Source of the DNA: Legionellales bacterium
GTDB lineage: Bacteria; Pseudomonadota; Gammaproteobacteria; JAGOUN01
Direction: 5' to 3'
Length of the DNA: 64,000 nucleotides
Assembly: GCA_027486005.1 (NCBI GenBank)
Contig: JAIXPZ010000083.1
Location: 1,192-65,191, forward strand
The notes below the pieces were generated by a model. That model did no database searches, was not told the origin of the DNA, and saw nothing but the letters and a program-made list of their open reading frames with translations. Made by a program: the position numbers and the translations under genes. Shown piece by piece: positions 8,368 to 17,352 of this stretch (position 1 is the stretch's first letter; each line of letters starts with the position of its first letter).

Positions 8368-9144
8368 CTACACTTTCCCAGGTTTATGGCAATAATTCAC
8401 CGAAGCTTGGTCTGTTGGAAAAATCACAAGTTCAGCAATGGAAACATGAGGCGGGCGAGTAACGCAATAAACAATTGCGTCGGCAACGTCTGTTGCAGCA
8501 AGTGGCGTGAATTCCTCATAAAATTTATCTGCTTTTTCCTTATCTTTCCAACGTACTGTACTGAATTCAGTGTTAACTGCTCCAGGCGCAACATCACTTA
8601 TTCTTATTTTTGTACCAAGGAGATCAAGGCGCAGCGACTTACTTAAGGCTCGTACAGCATGTTTAGTAGCAGAATAAATATTGCCCATAGGATAATGATC
8701 GTGTCCTGCGACAGAGCTTACATTAATAATATGGCCACTATTTCGTATCAACATGCCTTTGAGGACCGTCTGGGTAACATATAAAAGTCCACTGATATTG
8801 GTTTGAATCATGGTATCCCAGTTATCGAGATTGCCCTGCTGTAATGGCAGGCTATCTAAAGCCAGGCCAGCATTGTTGATTAGAATATCAATAGATTGCC
8901 ATTCTTCAGGGAGTGTATTTACAGCATGAATAACATCCTGTTTATTTCTAACATCGAGTTCAATATCAAGGACTTTTATGGAGTATTGTTGGGTTAATTG
9001 CATGGCAAGGGATTGCAACCTGTCTTTTCTTCGTGCTGTAAGAATTAAGTGACATCCCAACTGGGCAAAATGCTCTGCACATGCAGCACCAATGCCACTC
9101 GAAGCCCCAGTGATAAAAACAATTTTGCTTTTCAATGTATCCAT
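8368..9144 (-). CDS. SDR family NAD(P)-dependent oxidoreductase (YdfG-like)
   Basis: 'ITGASSGIGAACA', 'NNAG' and 'YSATKHA' motifs; 258 aa. Confidence 0.9.
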   Translation of the reverse strand: MDTLKSKIVFITGASSGIGAACAEHFAQLGCHLILTARRKDRLQSLAMQLTQQYSIKVLDIELDVRNKQDVIHAVNTLPEEWQSIDILINNAGLALDSLPLQQGNLDNWDTMIQTNISGLLYVTQTVLKGMLIRNSGHIINVSSVAGHDHYPMGNIYSATKHAVRALSKSLRLDLLGTKIRISDVAPGAVNTEFSTVRWKDKEKADKFYEEFTPLAATDVADAIVYCVTRPPHVSIAELVIFPTDQASVNYCHKPGKV

Positions 9145-9317
9145 TGTTGAATCCTCTACCTCTATTTAGTCGCGCGATATTAAAGGGTTATGTAAATTGT
9201 TTCTAGTTAAAAGTGATTGATGGGACAGATGCAGGATAATTTTATTGATTATATTTTGACCTGTTTTCTGGTAACCGGAAAATAGATTTAATGGGCCTAT
9301 TGTAATCTGCTAAAAAA

Positions 9318-9465
9318 GCGAGCGCCACCCGCCCCTACATTGGTCGATGCGTTTACTGATGGATTTGTGGAAAGGGCCGATTATAAGATTGATTGTTGGA
9401 GAAACCTAAATGAATTTTGATGCTAAATTTTGTGTTGACCTAGTGTAGGGGCGAGTGGCGCTCGC
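9318..9465. repeat. MITE-like element: 22-bp terminal inverted repeats (21/22 match) enclosing about 104 bp of non-coding DNA
   Basis: Left arm is GCGAGCGCCACCCGCCCCTACA (9318-9339). Right arm is TGTAGGGGCGAGTGGCGCTCGC (9444-9465). The GC-rich arms sit in an AT-rich gap. Confidence 0.45.
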
Positions 9466-9589
9466 CGTCTTTAAAATGCAACAAGCAAAATAGCGTTAAA
9501 TTATAATGACACCAACAGAAATATGCAGTTTAATCCATCCCTTATGTCAAACATGTCCTGATAACAGGGACGAATACAGGAAAGATAAT

Positions 9590-10234
9590 ATGACCAACAA
9601 AAATCCAATGTTCTACGTGAAACTATTTATGACCACCTTTATTGTTCTGGGGTTCTTATTTACTATTAACAAATCTGTGGCTAACCCGTCTGATTCTGCG
9701 CCAACAGCTGCGGTTTCCTCACAAAAAGAGCCGGTTCTGATTATTCATACGGCACAAGGCCAGATTAAAGTTGAGCTTGATGTAGAAAATGCTCCTGCAA
9801 CTGCACAGAACTTCTTAAGCTATGCGAAAGAGGGTTACTATAATGGCACTTTGTTTCATCGTGTCATTGATGGGTTTATGATTCAGGGTGGTGGCTTTTT
9901 GCCAGGAATGAAAGAAAAGCCAGTCAGCATGCCACCAATTAAAAATGAGGGAAGCAAGTGTGGTAAGAATAAACGCGGCACCTTAGCGATGGCAAGAACG
10001 TCAGATCCTCATTCAGCCACTTCACAGTTCTTTATCAATGTTACGGATAATGACTTTTTGGACTTTCAGTCAGAGACTTCACAGGGCTGGGGATATTGTG
10101 CTTTTGGCCATGTGATTGAAGGCATGGATGTCGTTGATAAGATTAAAGCTGTACCAACTACTATCGTTGGTGGATATCAAGATGTTCCTGTGAACGATGT
10201 TTCGATCGATCGTGTTGATATTATTAAAAATTAA
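9590..10234 (+). CDS. ppiA: Periplasmic peptidyl-prolyl cis-trans isomerase A (cyclophilin type)
   Basis: The start at 9590 gives the signal peptide '[24 protein letters not shown]'. Cyclophilin core '[14 protein letters not shown]...GTLAMAR'. Confidence 0.9.
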   Translation: MTNKNPMFYVKLFMTTFIVLGFLFTINKSVANPSDSAPTAAVSSQKEPVLIIHTAQGQIKVELDVENAPATAQNFLSYAKEGYYNGTLFHRVIDGFMIQGGGFLPGMKEKPVSMPPIKNEGSKCGKNKRGTLAMARTSDPHSATSQFFINVTDNDFLDFQSETSQGWGYCAFGHVIEGMDVVDKIKAVPTTIVGGYQDVPVNDVSIDRVDIIKN

Positions 10235-10235
10235 A

Positions 10236-10270
10236 GCATTTAAGAGGGCAGCTGCCGGTAGCCCTCTTTC
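10236..10270 (+). repeat. 35-nt hairpin element, copy 2 (GCATTTAAGAGGGCAGCTGCCGGTAGCCCTCTTTC)
   Basis: 32/35 identical to copy 1, including the non-stem 5' flank. It starts 2 nt after the ppiA stop. Confidence 0.5.
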
Positions 10271-10321
10271 GCAAAAAGTGTATTGTGTGCATAATGCCCC
10301 GTTCATTTATAGGAGAAACTA

Positions 10322-10822
10322 ATGATTATTATTCACACTACTCAAGGTCCTATTAAGGTCACACTTGATTTTGAAAATACCCCTGTTACTGCGCAGAATT
10401 TTTTGAACTATGCTAAAGAAGATTTTTATAATGGTACTTTGTTTCATCGAGTTATTAATGGATTCATGATTCAAGGAGGAGGGCTGCTGCCTGGGATGGA
10501 AGACAAAAAATCGGGCACACCTTCTATTAAAAATGAAGCCAATAAAGGCGGTAAGAATAAGAAAGGGACTTTAGCAATGGCTAGAACCTATGACCCTCAT
10601 TCTGCAACGGCACAGTTCTTTATCAATGTCGCGGATAATGACTTTTTGGACTTTAAGTCAGAGACAACGCAAGGCTGGGGATACTGTGTTTTTGGTCATG
10701 TTGTCGAAGGCATGGATATTGTTGATAAGATTAAAGTCGTGCCAACAACGAGCCGTCGTGGGCATCAAGATGTTCCTGTAGAGGATATCTTGATCGAGCG
10801 CGTTGAAGTTCTTGAATCTTAA
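10322..10822 (+). CDS. ppiB: Cytoplasmic peptidyl-prolyl cis-trans isomerase B (cyclophilin type)
   Basis: 166 aa with no signal peptide. '[14 protein letters not shown]' motif; paralogous to ppiA. Confidence 0.92.
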   Translation: MIIIHTTQGPIKVTLDFENTPVTAQNFLNYAKEDFYNGTLFHRVINGFMIQGGGLLPGMEDKKSGTPSIKNEANKGGKNKKGTLAMARTYDPHSATAQFFINVADNDFLDFKSETTQGWGYCVFGHVVEGMDIVDKIKVVPTTSRRGHQDVPVEDILIERVEVLES

Positions 10823-10863
10823 AAGTTTTAAAAATTCTCTCTCCCTCGGCGACTACGCCTCGA

Positions 10864-10887
10864 CCTCTCCCGCAAGGGGAGAGGTGA
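10864..10887. repeat. REP-like palindrome CCTCTCCCGCAAGGGGAGAGGTGA
   Basis: 8-bp stem with a GCAAG loop. A second copy lies at 12199-12222. Confidence 0.45.
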
Positions 10888-11030
10888 CAAGAGGCAATAA
10901 CTAACCCAGCAAAAAAAGTAATGCAATATTGAATTATTCTCTATATTTTGTGTAAATTTAAGTAACGGAAGTTTCCATTACTTCTTTTTCCGTAATATAA
11001 TTGACTGATAGAATATAAAAAGTTGTATAT

Positions 11031-12158
11031 ATGAGACCAAGAGATTTTTTTCCTTTAGGTAAAGCTTATGGGGAAGCATTTTGTAACAGAGAAAAAGAAG
11101 CGGAAAAGCTTTTGGGGAATGTCCAAAACGGCAAGCATACCTTTCTTGTTGCGCCGCGACGTTATGGAAAATCTAGCCTTTGTGAAAAAGTGTTAGAAAA
11201 AAGCACGTTACCTTGGACAAAAGTTGATTTTCATATGGCGATCACTGAAAGCGATGTTGAGAGTTTTATTGTTGGTGGTGCTAATGATCTGATAGGAAAA
11301 TCTATCAGCCAAGTAGATAAATTATCTTCTGTTATTAAAACAGTTGTTAAAAAATTAAAACCAAAATTTGATATCAGTGCGGGGCCACTACGGCTTGAGC
11401 TTGAAATTTCATCCGGTAGTTCGCCCGCTGAAAATGTTGCTGAAGCATTGTTGCTTATTGATCGCCTACTGATAGAGAAAAATAAACAAGCAGTGATACA
11501 TTTTGATGAGTTTCAAGAAGTTGGGAATATTACCGAAGGGCGAGGCGTAGAAGGCGCTATTCGACATGCAGCACAAGAAACGAAAAATTTAGCGATTATC
11601 TTTTCAGGCAGCAACCCTCACCTTATAAAAAACATGTTTGAAAACGAAAGTAGACCACTTTATAAGTTATGTAAAAAATTACCTTTGCCCAGAATTTCTG
11701 AGGAACATTATAATCATCATTTGAATAAAGCATCACTTGCAATGTGGGGTAAAGAACTACCAGCGAGCTGTTTTGAGCGAATTATGACACTGACTGAAAG
11801 ACATCCTTATTATGTTAATGCACTATGTGATGAAGTTTGGTCAGAGACGCAGACTGTACCGACTGTTGATCATGTAAATGCATGTTGGGAATATGTGATA
11901 GAAGGCGAGCGTAGTGATCTTATTAAAGACTTTCTCAATCTTTCTGATAATCAACGAAAAGTATTAATTCAGATAGCTAATTTTGGCGGTGAAAATATTT
12001 ATGCAAATAGTTCTTCAAAGCAAATGGATGTTCCTGTCAGCTCACTAAGAAGTGCAATAGAGGCAGTGCTTGAAAAGGACTTTATTGAAAAAATCGGTAC
12101 ACATTATTCCTTAGTAGTTCCAGTGTATAGGTGGTTATTGCGGCATCAGCAAGAGTAG
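11031..12158 (+). CDS. AAA-type ATP-binding protein (archaeal-ATPase/ATPase_2-like with a C-terminal winged-helix-like region)
   Basis: Walker A 'VAPRRYGKSSL' and Walker B 'AVIHFDEFQE'; 375 aa. The family is assigned from motifs only. Confidence 0.7.
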   Translation: MRPRDFFPLGKAYGEAFCNREKEAEKLLGNVQNGKHTFLVAPRRYGKSSLCEKVLEKSTLPWTKVDFHMAITESDVESFIVGGANDLIGKSISQVDKLSSVIKTVVKKLKPKFDISAGPLRLELEISSGSSPAENVAEALLLIDRLLIEKNKQAVIHFDEFQEVGNITEGRGVEGAIRHAAQETKNLAIIFSGSNPHLIKNMFENESRPLYKLCKKLPLPRISEEHYNHHLNKASLAMWGKELPASCFERIMTLTERHPYYVNALCDEVWSETQTVPTVDHVNACWEYVIEGERSDLIKDFLNLSDNQRKVLIQIANFGGENIYANSSSKQMDVPVSSLRSAIEAVLEKDFIEKIGTHYSLVVPVYRWLLRHQQE

Positions 12159-12198
12159 GGTAAGCCGCCTGTGAAACTGCTCATGTAAAAACCTTTCC

Positions 12199-12222
12199 CC
12201 TCTCCCGCAAGAGGAGAGGTGA
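12199..12222. repeat. REP-like palindrome CCTCTCCCGCAAGAGGAGAGGTGA
   Basis: 23/24 identical to the copy at 10864 and in the same orientation. Confidence 0.45.
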
Positions 12223-12230
12223 GACTCTCC

Positions 12231-13667
12231 TTATCGAGTTAAACGTTTCAATGATGGAACAAACATTGCCATTACCAGGCTAATTGCAATAGTGATAATA
12301 CCGATTTTAATAAATAAGCTGTAATAAATCGCCATTGATTGGACTGGGTCAGTAATTTCTCTAGGTACTGCAGCCATACTGGCAACATGTCCTGCAATAA
12401 TGCCAGCAATCGAAGTACATAAGAACCATGCGCCCATGGTAAAGCCCATCAGACGTTGTGGCACAAAACGAGACATCATCGCAAGACCAAGTGCGCTGAC
12501 CAAAAGCTCTCCAGCTCCTTCAAAGAAGTAAAATAATACTACCCACCAACCTGAGATGATGCCGTCATGTGAAGACCAGTGGATAGCCGCTGACAATACC
12601 ATAAAGCTTATTCCAGTACAGAAGGTCCCTAATGCAAATTTCATTGGAATAGAGAGGTCACGGTTTCTGTATGCCAATTGATTGTAGATCATGGCTAATA
12701 CAGGGCTTAATATCATAATCCAAGCAGAGTTGAAGACTTGATAAGAAGCAGGTTCAATTGGAATGCCCCATAAGTGGTGTTCTACATTACGTAGCGCAAA
12801 TAAGTTGAGTGAAGTTGGCATTTGCAAGTAGAGAACAAAAAAGATAATGGCTTGAATAATTAGAATTAAGCAAAGAATTAATGAACGTTTTTCATTTGCG
12901 GGAGATTTTTTAATTTCAGACAGAAAAATAAATAAAACAACCACGCCCCCAAGCAAAATTAACCATCCAGAGAAAGTATAATGCTTTAATAACCATGAGC
13001 TTAGTGCAATCAGTGCAATTGTGCCAACAGAGATCAGCGCCATCGTTTTAACAGTAATTTTTTCAAAATCTGGCTGAGAACCGTAAGTTTTAACTAAGTT
13101 TCTTAGAATGAAGTATGTCAGCATGGCTAGGCATAAACCTAGAGCGCTGATACCAAACGCAGCGTGCCAACCCCAAATACCTGCAAAAATTGGAGTAAGC
13201 GACATAGAGAAAAACGATCCGATATTGATCGCCATGTAGTATAACGTAAACCCACCGTCGAGCTTAGTAGCATCTCCCTCGTAAATTTTGGAAAGCAAAC
13301 TCGCAGGGTTGGCCTTGAATAAGCCGACACCGACAGCAATAATACCTAAAGGTAAATAAATATCTTTATCTCCAGCAACGGCTAAAGCAGCATAGCCGAC
13401 AATAAGGACAAGCGTACCAAGGATCATCGTGTTTTTAGTCCCTAACACGCGATCACCGATGTAACCTCCCAGACTAGGAAGCAAATAAATAAGCGCAGCA
13501 AAAGCAGCAAAAAGGTGATCTGCTTCAGAGTCTGAAAAATTAAGTTCTTTGACAAAATAGAGCACAATAAGCGCTTGCATACCGTAGTACCCAAAACGCT
13601 CCCACAGCTCGATAAAAAAGACAAGATAAAAAGGCTTAGGTTGTTTCAAAGCTTCTGGAAAAGACAT
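12231..13667 (-). CDS. POT/PTR2 family proton-dependent di/tripeptide transporter
   Basis: PTR2 signature 'FIELWERFGYYGMQALIVLYF'; 478 aa with multiple transmembrane helices. Confidence 0.9.
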   Translation of the reverse strand: MSFPEALKQPKPFYLVFFIELWERFGYYGMQALIVLYFVKELNFSDSEADHLFAAFAALIYLLPSLGGYIGDRVLGTKNTMILGTLVLIVGYAALAVAGDKDIYLPLGIIAVGVGLFKANPASLLSKIYEGDATKLDGGFTLYYMAINIGSFFSMSLTPIFAGIWGWHAAFGISALGLCLAMLTYFILRNLVKTYGSQPDFEKITVKTMALISVGTIALIALSSWLLKHYTFSGWLILLGGVVVLFIFLSEIKKSPANEKRSLILCLILIIQAIIFFVLYLQMPTSLNLFALRNVEHHLWGIPIEPASYQVFNSAWIMILSPVLAMIYNQLAYRNRDLSIPMKFALGTFCTGISFMVLSAAIHWSSHDGIISGWWVVLFYFFEGAGELLVSALGLAMMSRFVPQRLMGFTMGAWFLCTSIAGIIAGHVASMAAVPREITDPVQSMAIYYSLFIKIGIITIAISLVMAMFVPSLKRLTR

Positions 13668-13724
13668 AATTTTACTCCAAATAATGCTACGTTGTTGTCG
13701 TTATGTTTTTGGCTCTAGGGTATT

Positions 13725-13910
13725 TCAATTTAGCTGACTATTATTTGAGGCTCCCCAGTTTAGCCAGCGAAGGCGTATACAGGCAATGATGTAGACGATC
13801 AATCCAACGATACTGCCAATTACGAATAGATACGATAAAAAAATGAGAGTAAAGATCAGAAGGACGATGAACATTCCCAGACCAATAAATGGCATAATGC
13901 GTGATAGCAT
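13725..13910 (-). CDS. Possible small two-TM membrane protein
   Basis: An internal Met gives the 61-aa hydrophobic peptide 'MLSRIMPFIGLGMFIVLLIF...'. No homology was recognised. Confidence 0.3.
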   Translation of the reverse strand: MLSRIMPFIGLGMFIVLLIFTLIFLSYLFVIGSIVGLIVYIIACIRLRWLNWGASNNSQLN

Positions 13911-14063
13911 AGTACTTCTCTCAAGTATCTTTAGTGAAAGAGTACACTGTAACGGAAAAAACGAATAATGAAAAGTAGCAGTGTTTCGATAGAAGTTTCT
14001 AGGTCGATGCTCGAAAACTAGATGCTGCAATTACAGGTTGCGCAAAAAACAAGCTTCTTTTTG

Positions 14064-14435
14064 TTAGACATCACTGTGTTCTGTTGTAAGGGTGACAGTG
14101 AGCGTTTCTAAATCAATACCTGCTTTTTTAAGTTCTTCCTTCTGTGTGTCTGAAATGTTGTCTGCCCCTCCTAGATACTCATAAGCAGACATGGGCGAAC
14201 TGGTTGCTACTAAATCACAGGCGCCATTAGGAGCATTGTCATCACAGGTTTTAACCGTTGAGACAAATTGTTCTAAAATCTCATTGACCACTAAACTGTA
14301 ATCGTTTCCCGTTGATTTGCTACTGGTTTCGCGTTGATTTGAGGCGGAAAAAGTCATAACAACGCTGATACCTATAGCGACAACGATAAGTGCCAGCATT
14401 ACTTCGAGTAATGAGAAACCGCGTGAACGAATCAT
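14064..14435 (-). CDS. Prepilin-type N-terminal cleavage/methylation domain protein (orphan type IV pilin or pseudopilin)
   Basis: Class III signal 'MIRSRGFSLLEVMLALIVVAIGISV', with G at -1 and E at +5. Confidence 0.75.
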   Translation of the reverse strand: MIRSRGFSLLEVMLALIVVAIGISVVMTFSASNQRETSSKSTGNDYSLVVNEILEQFVSTVKTCDDNAPNGACDLVATSSPMSAYEYLGGADNISDTQKEELKKAGIDLETLTVTLTTEHSDV

Positions 14436-14708
14436 GATTCTACTGCCCTATTTAAAAGTCTATTTTAATAAAACCTTAATTTTTGCATTATTGCGCAAAT
14501 TTTGTCTAAACTCAAGGTCGAGAGTTCGCCGAGATAAAATAATTTTTTGGGCATGAAAATGACTAGATATTTAATTTGAATCAAATCTATCCAATCCTTG
14601 ACAATATTTATCCAACTGCTATTCTTACTGCCCAGAAGTTAGACATATAGCTTCCTGTTTGAAGTTATAAAAAAACAAAAACTAACAATAAATAATGAGG
14701 TAATTACC

Positions 14709-15470
14709 ATGCAAAGATTTGGATTTGTAGCAAAATCAACACAATCATCTGAAGAGAATTTTAGTCAGCTCATGCGGCTTGATCAAGAAGAGTTTGAACA
14801 ACTTACGCAGGCTCTAGCACGCTCAATTCTACACGTTGATTCTTCCGAAGAGGCGGTATTAATACGCGAAATCACCGAGCAAGTTGCTGAAACAAAGCCT
14901 GAAATTAGTGATGTACTTAAAAAATTCGCGCCACCGCCTACAGCAGAAGAGCTGAGCACAACCTCAGATGCTCGGATTCTTGAAAATTCAAAAAAAGGCA
15001 CGAATCATCATACCTTGTATAAAGATATGCTGTCGCTAACTCCAGAACAAAAAGACCAGTTAATGAAAAAATTCGGGATTACTTTAACAAAATTCGCCAT
15101 TTGCAATTTGATTAATCTCTACATTGAAGGAAATAAATTAGATGGAGATAAAGGTGTAAGGAATCTATTTGCAGTCGGCAGACAGTTTTTAGGCGCTGTT
15201 GTCCCTGCGACAGATAGAGAGCTTAAACTAGAGTTTTTCATTCATCTTCTTTCACAGTTGAGTCATTCATTGCCACCGAGGGATTTCATAACAAACATAC
15301 GTAGCGCCAGCCAATATGAGAGCGCACAAGAAGACGACGACTCTACTTACATTGGCATTATTAGAAGAGGTGTAAATACTGCCAATGCGCTGACACTTTT
15401 TGATAAGCATACCCTAGAAATTATAGAGCGCGCAGCTGTAGTTTCAGAGGCGAAAATGGATTTTAAATAA
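14709..15470 (+). CDS. Hypothetical protein (253 aa, acidic, no recognised domain)
   Basis: Long ORF with a GAGG-type RBS ('aatgaggtaattaccATG') and coding-like composition. No motif was recognised. Confidence 0.55.
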   Translation: MQRFGFVAKSTQSSEENFSQLMRLDQEEFEQLTQALARSILHVDSSEEAVLIREITEQVAETKPEISDVLKKFAPPPTAEELSTTSDARILENSKKGTNHHTLYKDMLSLTPEQKDQLMKKFGITLTKFAICNLINLYIEGNKLDGDKGVRNLFAVGRQFLGAVVPATDRELKLEFFIHLLSQLSHSLPPRDFITNIRSASQYESAQEDDDSTYIGIIRRGVNTANALTLFDKHTLEIIERAAVVSEAKMDFK

Positions 15471-15480
15471 AAACAAAAAT

Positions 15481-15500
15481 CTCGGGGGCTTGCCCCCGAG
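15481..15500 (-). terminator. Rho-independent terminator hairpin (CTCGGGGG-CTTG-CCCCCGAG) between convergent genes
   Basis: Perfect 8-bp GC stem. On the minus strand a T-rich run (ATTTTTGTTTT) follows, downstream of the histidine kinase gene. Confidence 0.6.
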
Positions 15501-15504
15501 AAAA

Positions 15505-16569
15505 TTACTTTATTTCATTATTAGTATAAGTGGTTTGCTTTTTAGGAAACGTGAGTAGAACACTTAACCCGCCTTGCGGAAGATTTTTTGCATACACATG
15601 GCCTTTGTGCAGTAAGATAGCACGCTTCGCGATAGCCAATCCTAACCCAAAGCCACCAGTATGTTGCGTTCTTGAATCATCGACTCGAAAGAAAGGATCA
15701 AATACATGTGCAAGTTTTTCTTCGGGTATTCCTGGGCCAGAGTCTTCAATACTGACTTGAACCTCTTCTTCTTTCACCAACAAGGAGACGTGAATTGGAT
15801 GTTCTTCGGGCGTATAACGTAGAGCATTTCTAATGATGTTTTCAATGGCACTGCGTAATAGGGGATAATTTACTTGAGCGTGACAAAATTTTGGAATGAT
15901 AAGACGTATTGGAGTGATATGATGTTGCACTTCGTAATTGGCATCACTCACAATAGATTGCACCAATTCCACAATATCAATTTCTTCAAAAATAATATTA
16001 TTTTGTGCAGCATCCAGGCTAGCTAAAGATAAAATTTGTCGAATCAGCTCGTTAAGTTTATCTGTTTCGTAAGCAATACGAGTCAGTTCTTTCTCTACCT
16101 TTGGACTCTTATCTCTCGCAATTTCAAGCGCCACCGAAAGCCGTGCTAAAGGGGAACGTAATTCGTGAGATATATCTTGTAGTAATTGTTGTTTAGAATG
16201 CACCAGGGATTCAAGACGCGCGGCCATTTCGTCAAAATCTTGCGCTAGTTCACCAATTTCATCTTTTCTATTGCCTAATATTGCGCTGACACGAGTCTGA
16301 AACTCTCCTTGTCCTAATTTTCTTGCGGCTCGCTGTAAAATTCGAATAGGGCGCAACAGATAGAGCGATAGCAAATAACAGATGAAGCCACCAATCAAAA
16401 TGGCAGCTGCGAAACGAAAAATAATATTCCCACGATTAAAACTGTAATGTTCAATATCTACACCCGAAGATTGTTGTGTAACTTGTGAAGAAACGAGCGC
16501 AATTACCACGATGGTTAAGCACATCGCTAACCAAAACCAAATAAATATTTTCCAGTATAATTTTCTCAT
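15505..16569 (-). CDS. Sensor histidine kinase (CpxA/BaeS-like: TM-HAMP-HisKA-HATPase)
   Basis: H-box 'SHELRSPL', N-box 'IIRNALRY' and G-boxes 'DSGPGI' and 'GGFGLGL'. Confidence 0.9.
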   Translation of the reverse strand: MRKLYWKIFIWFWLAMCLTIVVIALVSSQVTQQSSGVDIEHYSFNRGNIIFRFAAAILIGGFICYLLSLYLLRPIRILQRAARKLGQGEFQTRVSAILGNRKDEIGELAQDFDEMAARLESLVHSKQQLLQDISHELRSPLARLSVALEIARDKSPKVEKELTRIAYETDKLNELIRQILSLASLDAAQNNIIFEEIDIVELVQSIVSDANYEVQHHITPIRLIIPKFCHAQVNYPLLRSAIENIIRNALRYTPEEHPIHVSLLVKEEEVQVSIEDSGPGIPEEKLAHVFDPFFRVDDSRTQHTGGFGLGLAIAKRAILLHKGHVYAKNLPQGGLSVLLTFPKKQTTYTNNEIK

Positions 16570-16573
16570 CGTT

Positions 16574-17263
16574 TTATTTCTCTAAAATATAACCAATACC
16601 ACGGATCGTACGAATTCTAGGAGAGTCATGACCTGCTTGGTCGAGTTTACTCCTTAAATGACTGATATGCATGTCTACACTACGATCAAAAGCAGCAATT
16701 TTTCGATTGAGTCCTTGTTCACTTAAATCTTCTTTAGGGACAATTTTTCCTACATCTCTCATCAAGCAACATAAAATGTTATATTCTGAATTGGTTAACT
16801 CAATAAATTGTCCAGCAATAGTGGTCGCCCGAGTTCCAAGGTCAATACAAATGTTACCAACCGTCAATTGTTCAGGAGTTTCTGGAACAACAGGCTCAAC
16901 TCGTCGTAGAATAGCTCGCAAACGTGCAACCAATAATTTCGGGCTGCAGGGTTTGGGGAGGTAGTCATCTGCTCCAATATTTAACCCGGTGAGTTGGTCT
17001 GCTTCATCTCCTTTGGCGGTTAACATTAAAACAGGAGTTTCTGTGTTTACTTTTAATTTCTTGAGGACCTCAAAGCCATTCATTTTTGGTAGCATGACAT
17101 CCAAGATAATAATATTAACGTTGGGGTCCAAAGCTGCTTCATAACCACTGATGCCATCGTGCGCAGCAAGCGTCTCAAATCCTTCGCGTTCCAAATACTC
17201 CCCCAGTAATTCACAGAAGTCGATATCGTCATCAATTAATAGGACAGTGTATTTTTTTATCAT
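16574..17263 (-). CDS. OmpR-family response regulator (CpxR-like)
   Basis: Receiver domain 'LLIDDD...IILDVMLP...LTAKG' and winged-helix C-terminus 'IRTIRGIGY'. Confidence 0.92.
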   Translation of the reverse strand: MIKKYTVLLIDDDIDFCELLGEYLEREGFETLAAHDGISGYEAALDPNVNIIILDVMLPKMNGFEVLKKLKVNTETPVLMLTAKGDEADQLTGLNIGADDYLPKPCSPKLLVARLRAILRRVEPVVPETPEQLTVGNICIDLGTRATTIAGQFIELTNSEYNILCCLMRDVGKIVPKEDLSEQGLNRKIAAFDRSVDMHISHLRSKLDQAGHDSPRIRTIRGIGYILEK

Positions 17264-17352
17264 TAAAAGTGGTGATCCTGAGTAGATTATTGCTATTATT
17301 ACTGTTCTACTTAATGAAAACCATGCGTTTCCTTTTATTTAGGTAATTTATT

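Noticed and set aside
13725-14030. Full-length 101-aa version of the small membrane ORF
   Set aside because: The first 40 residues are non-hydrophobic and have no start context. Only the distal 61-aa hydrophobic part is plausible, and even that is low confidence.
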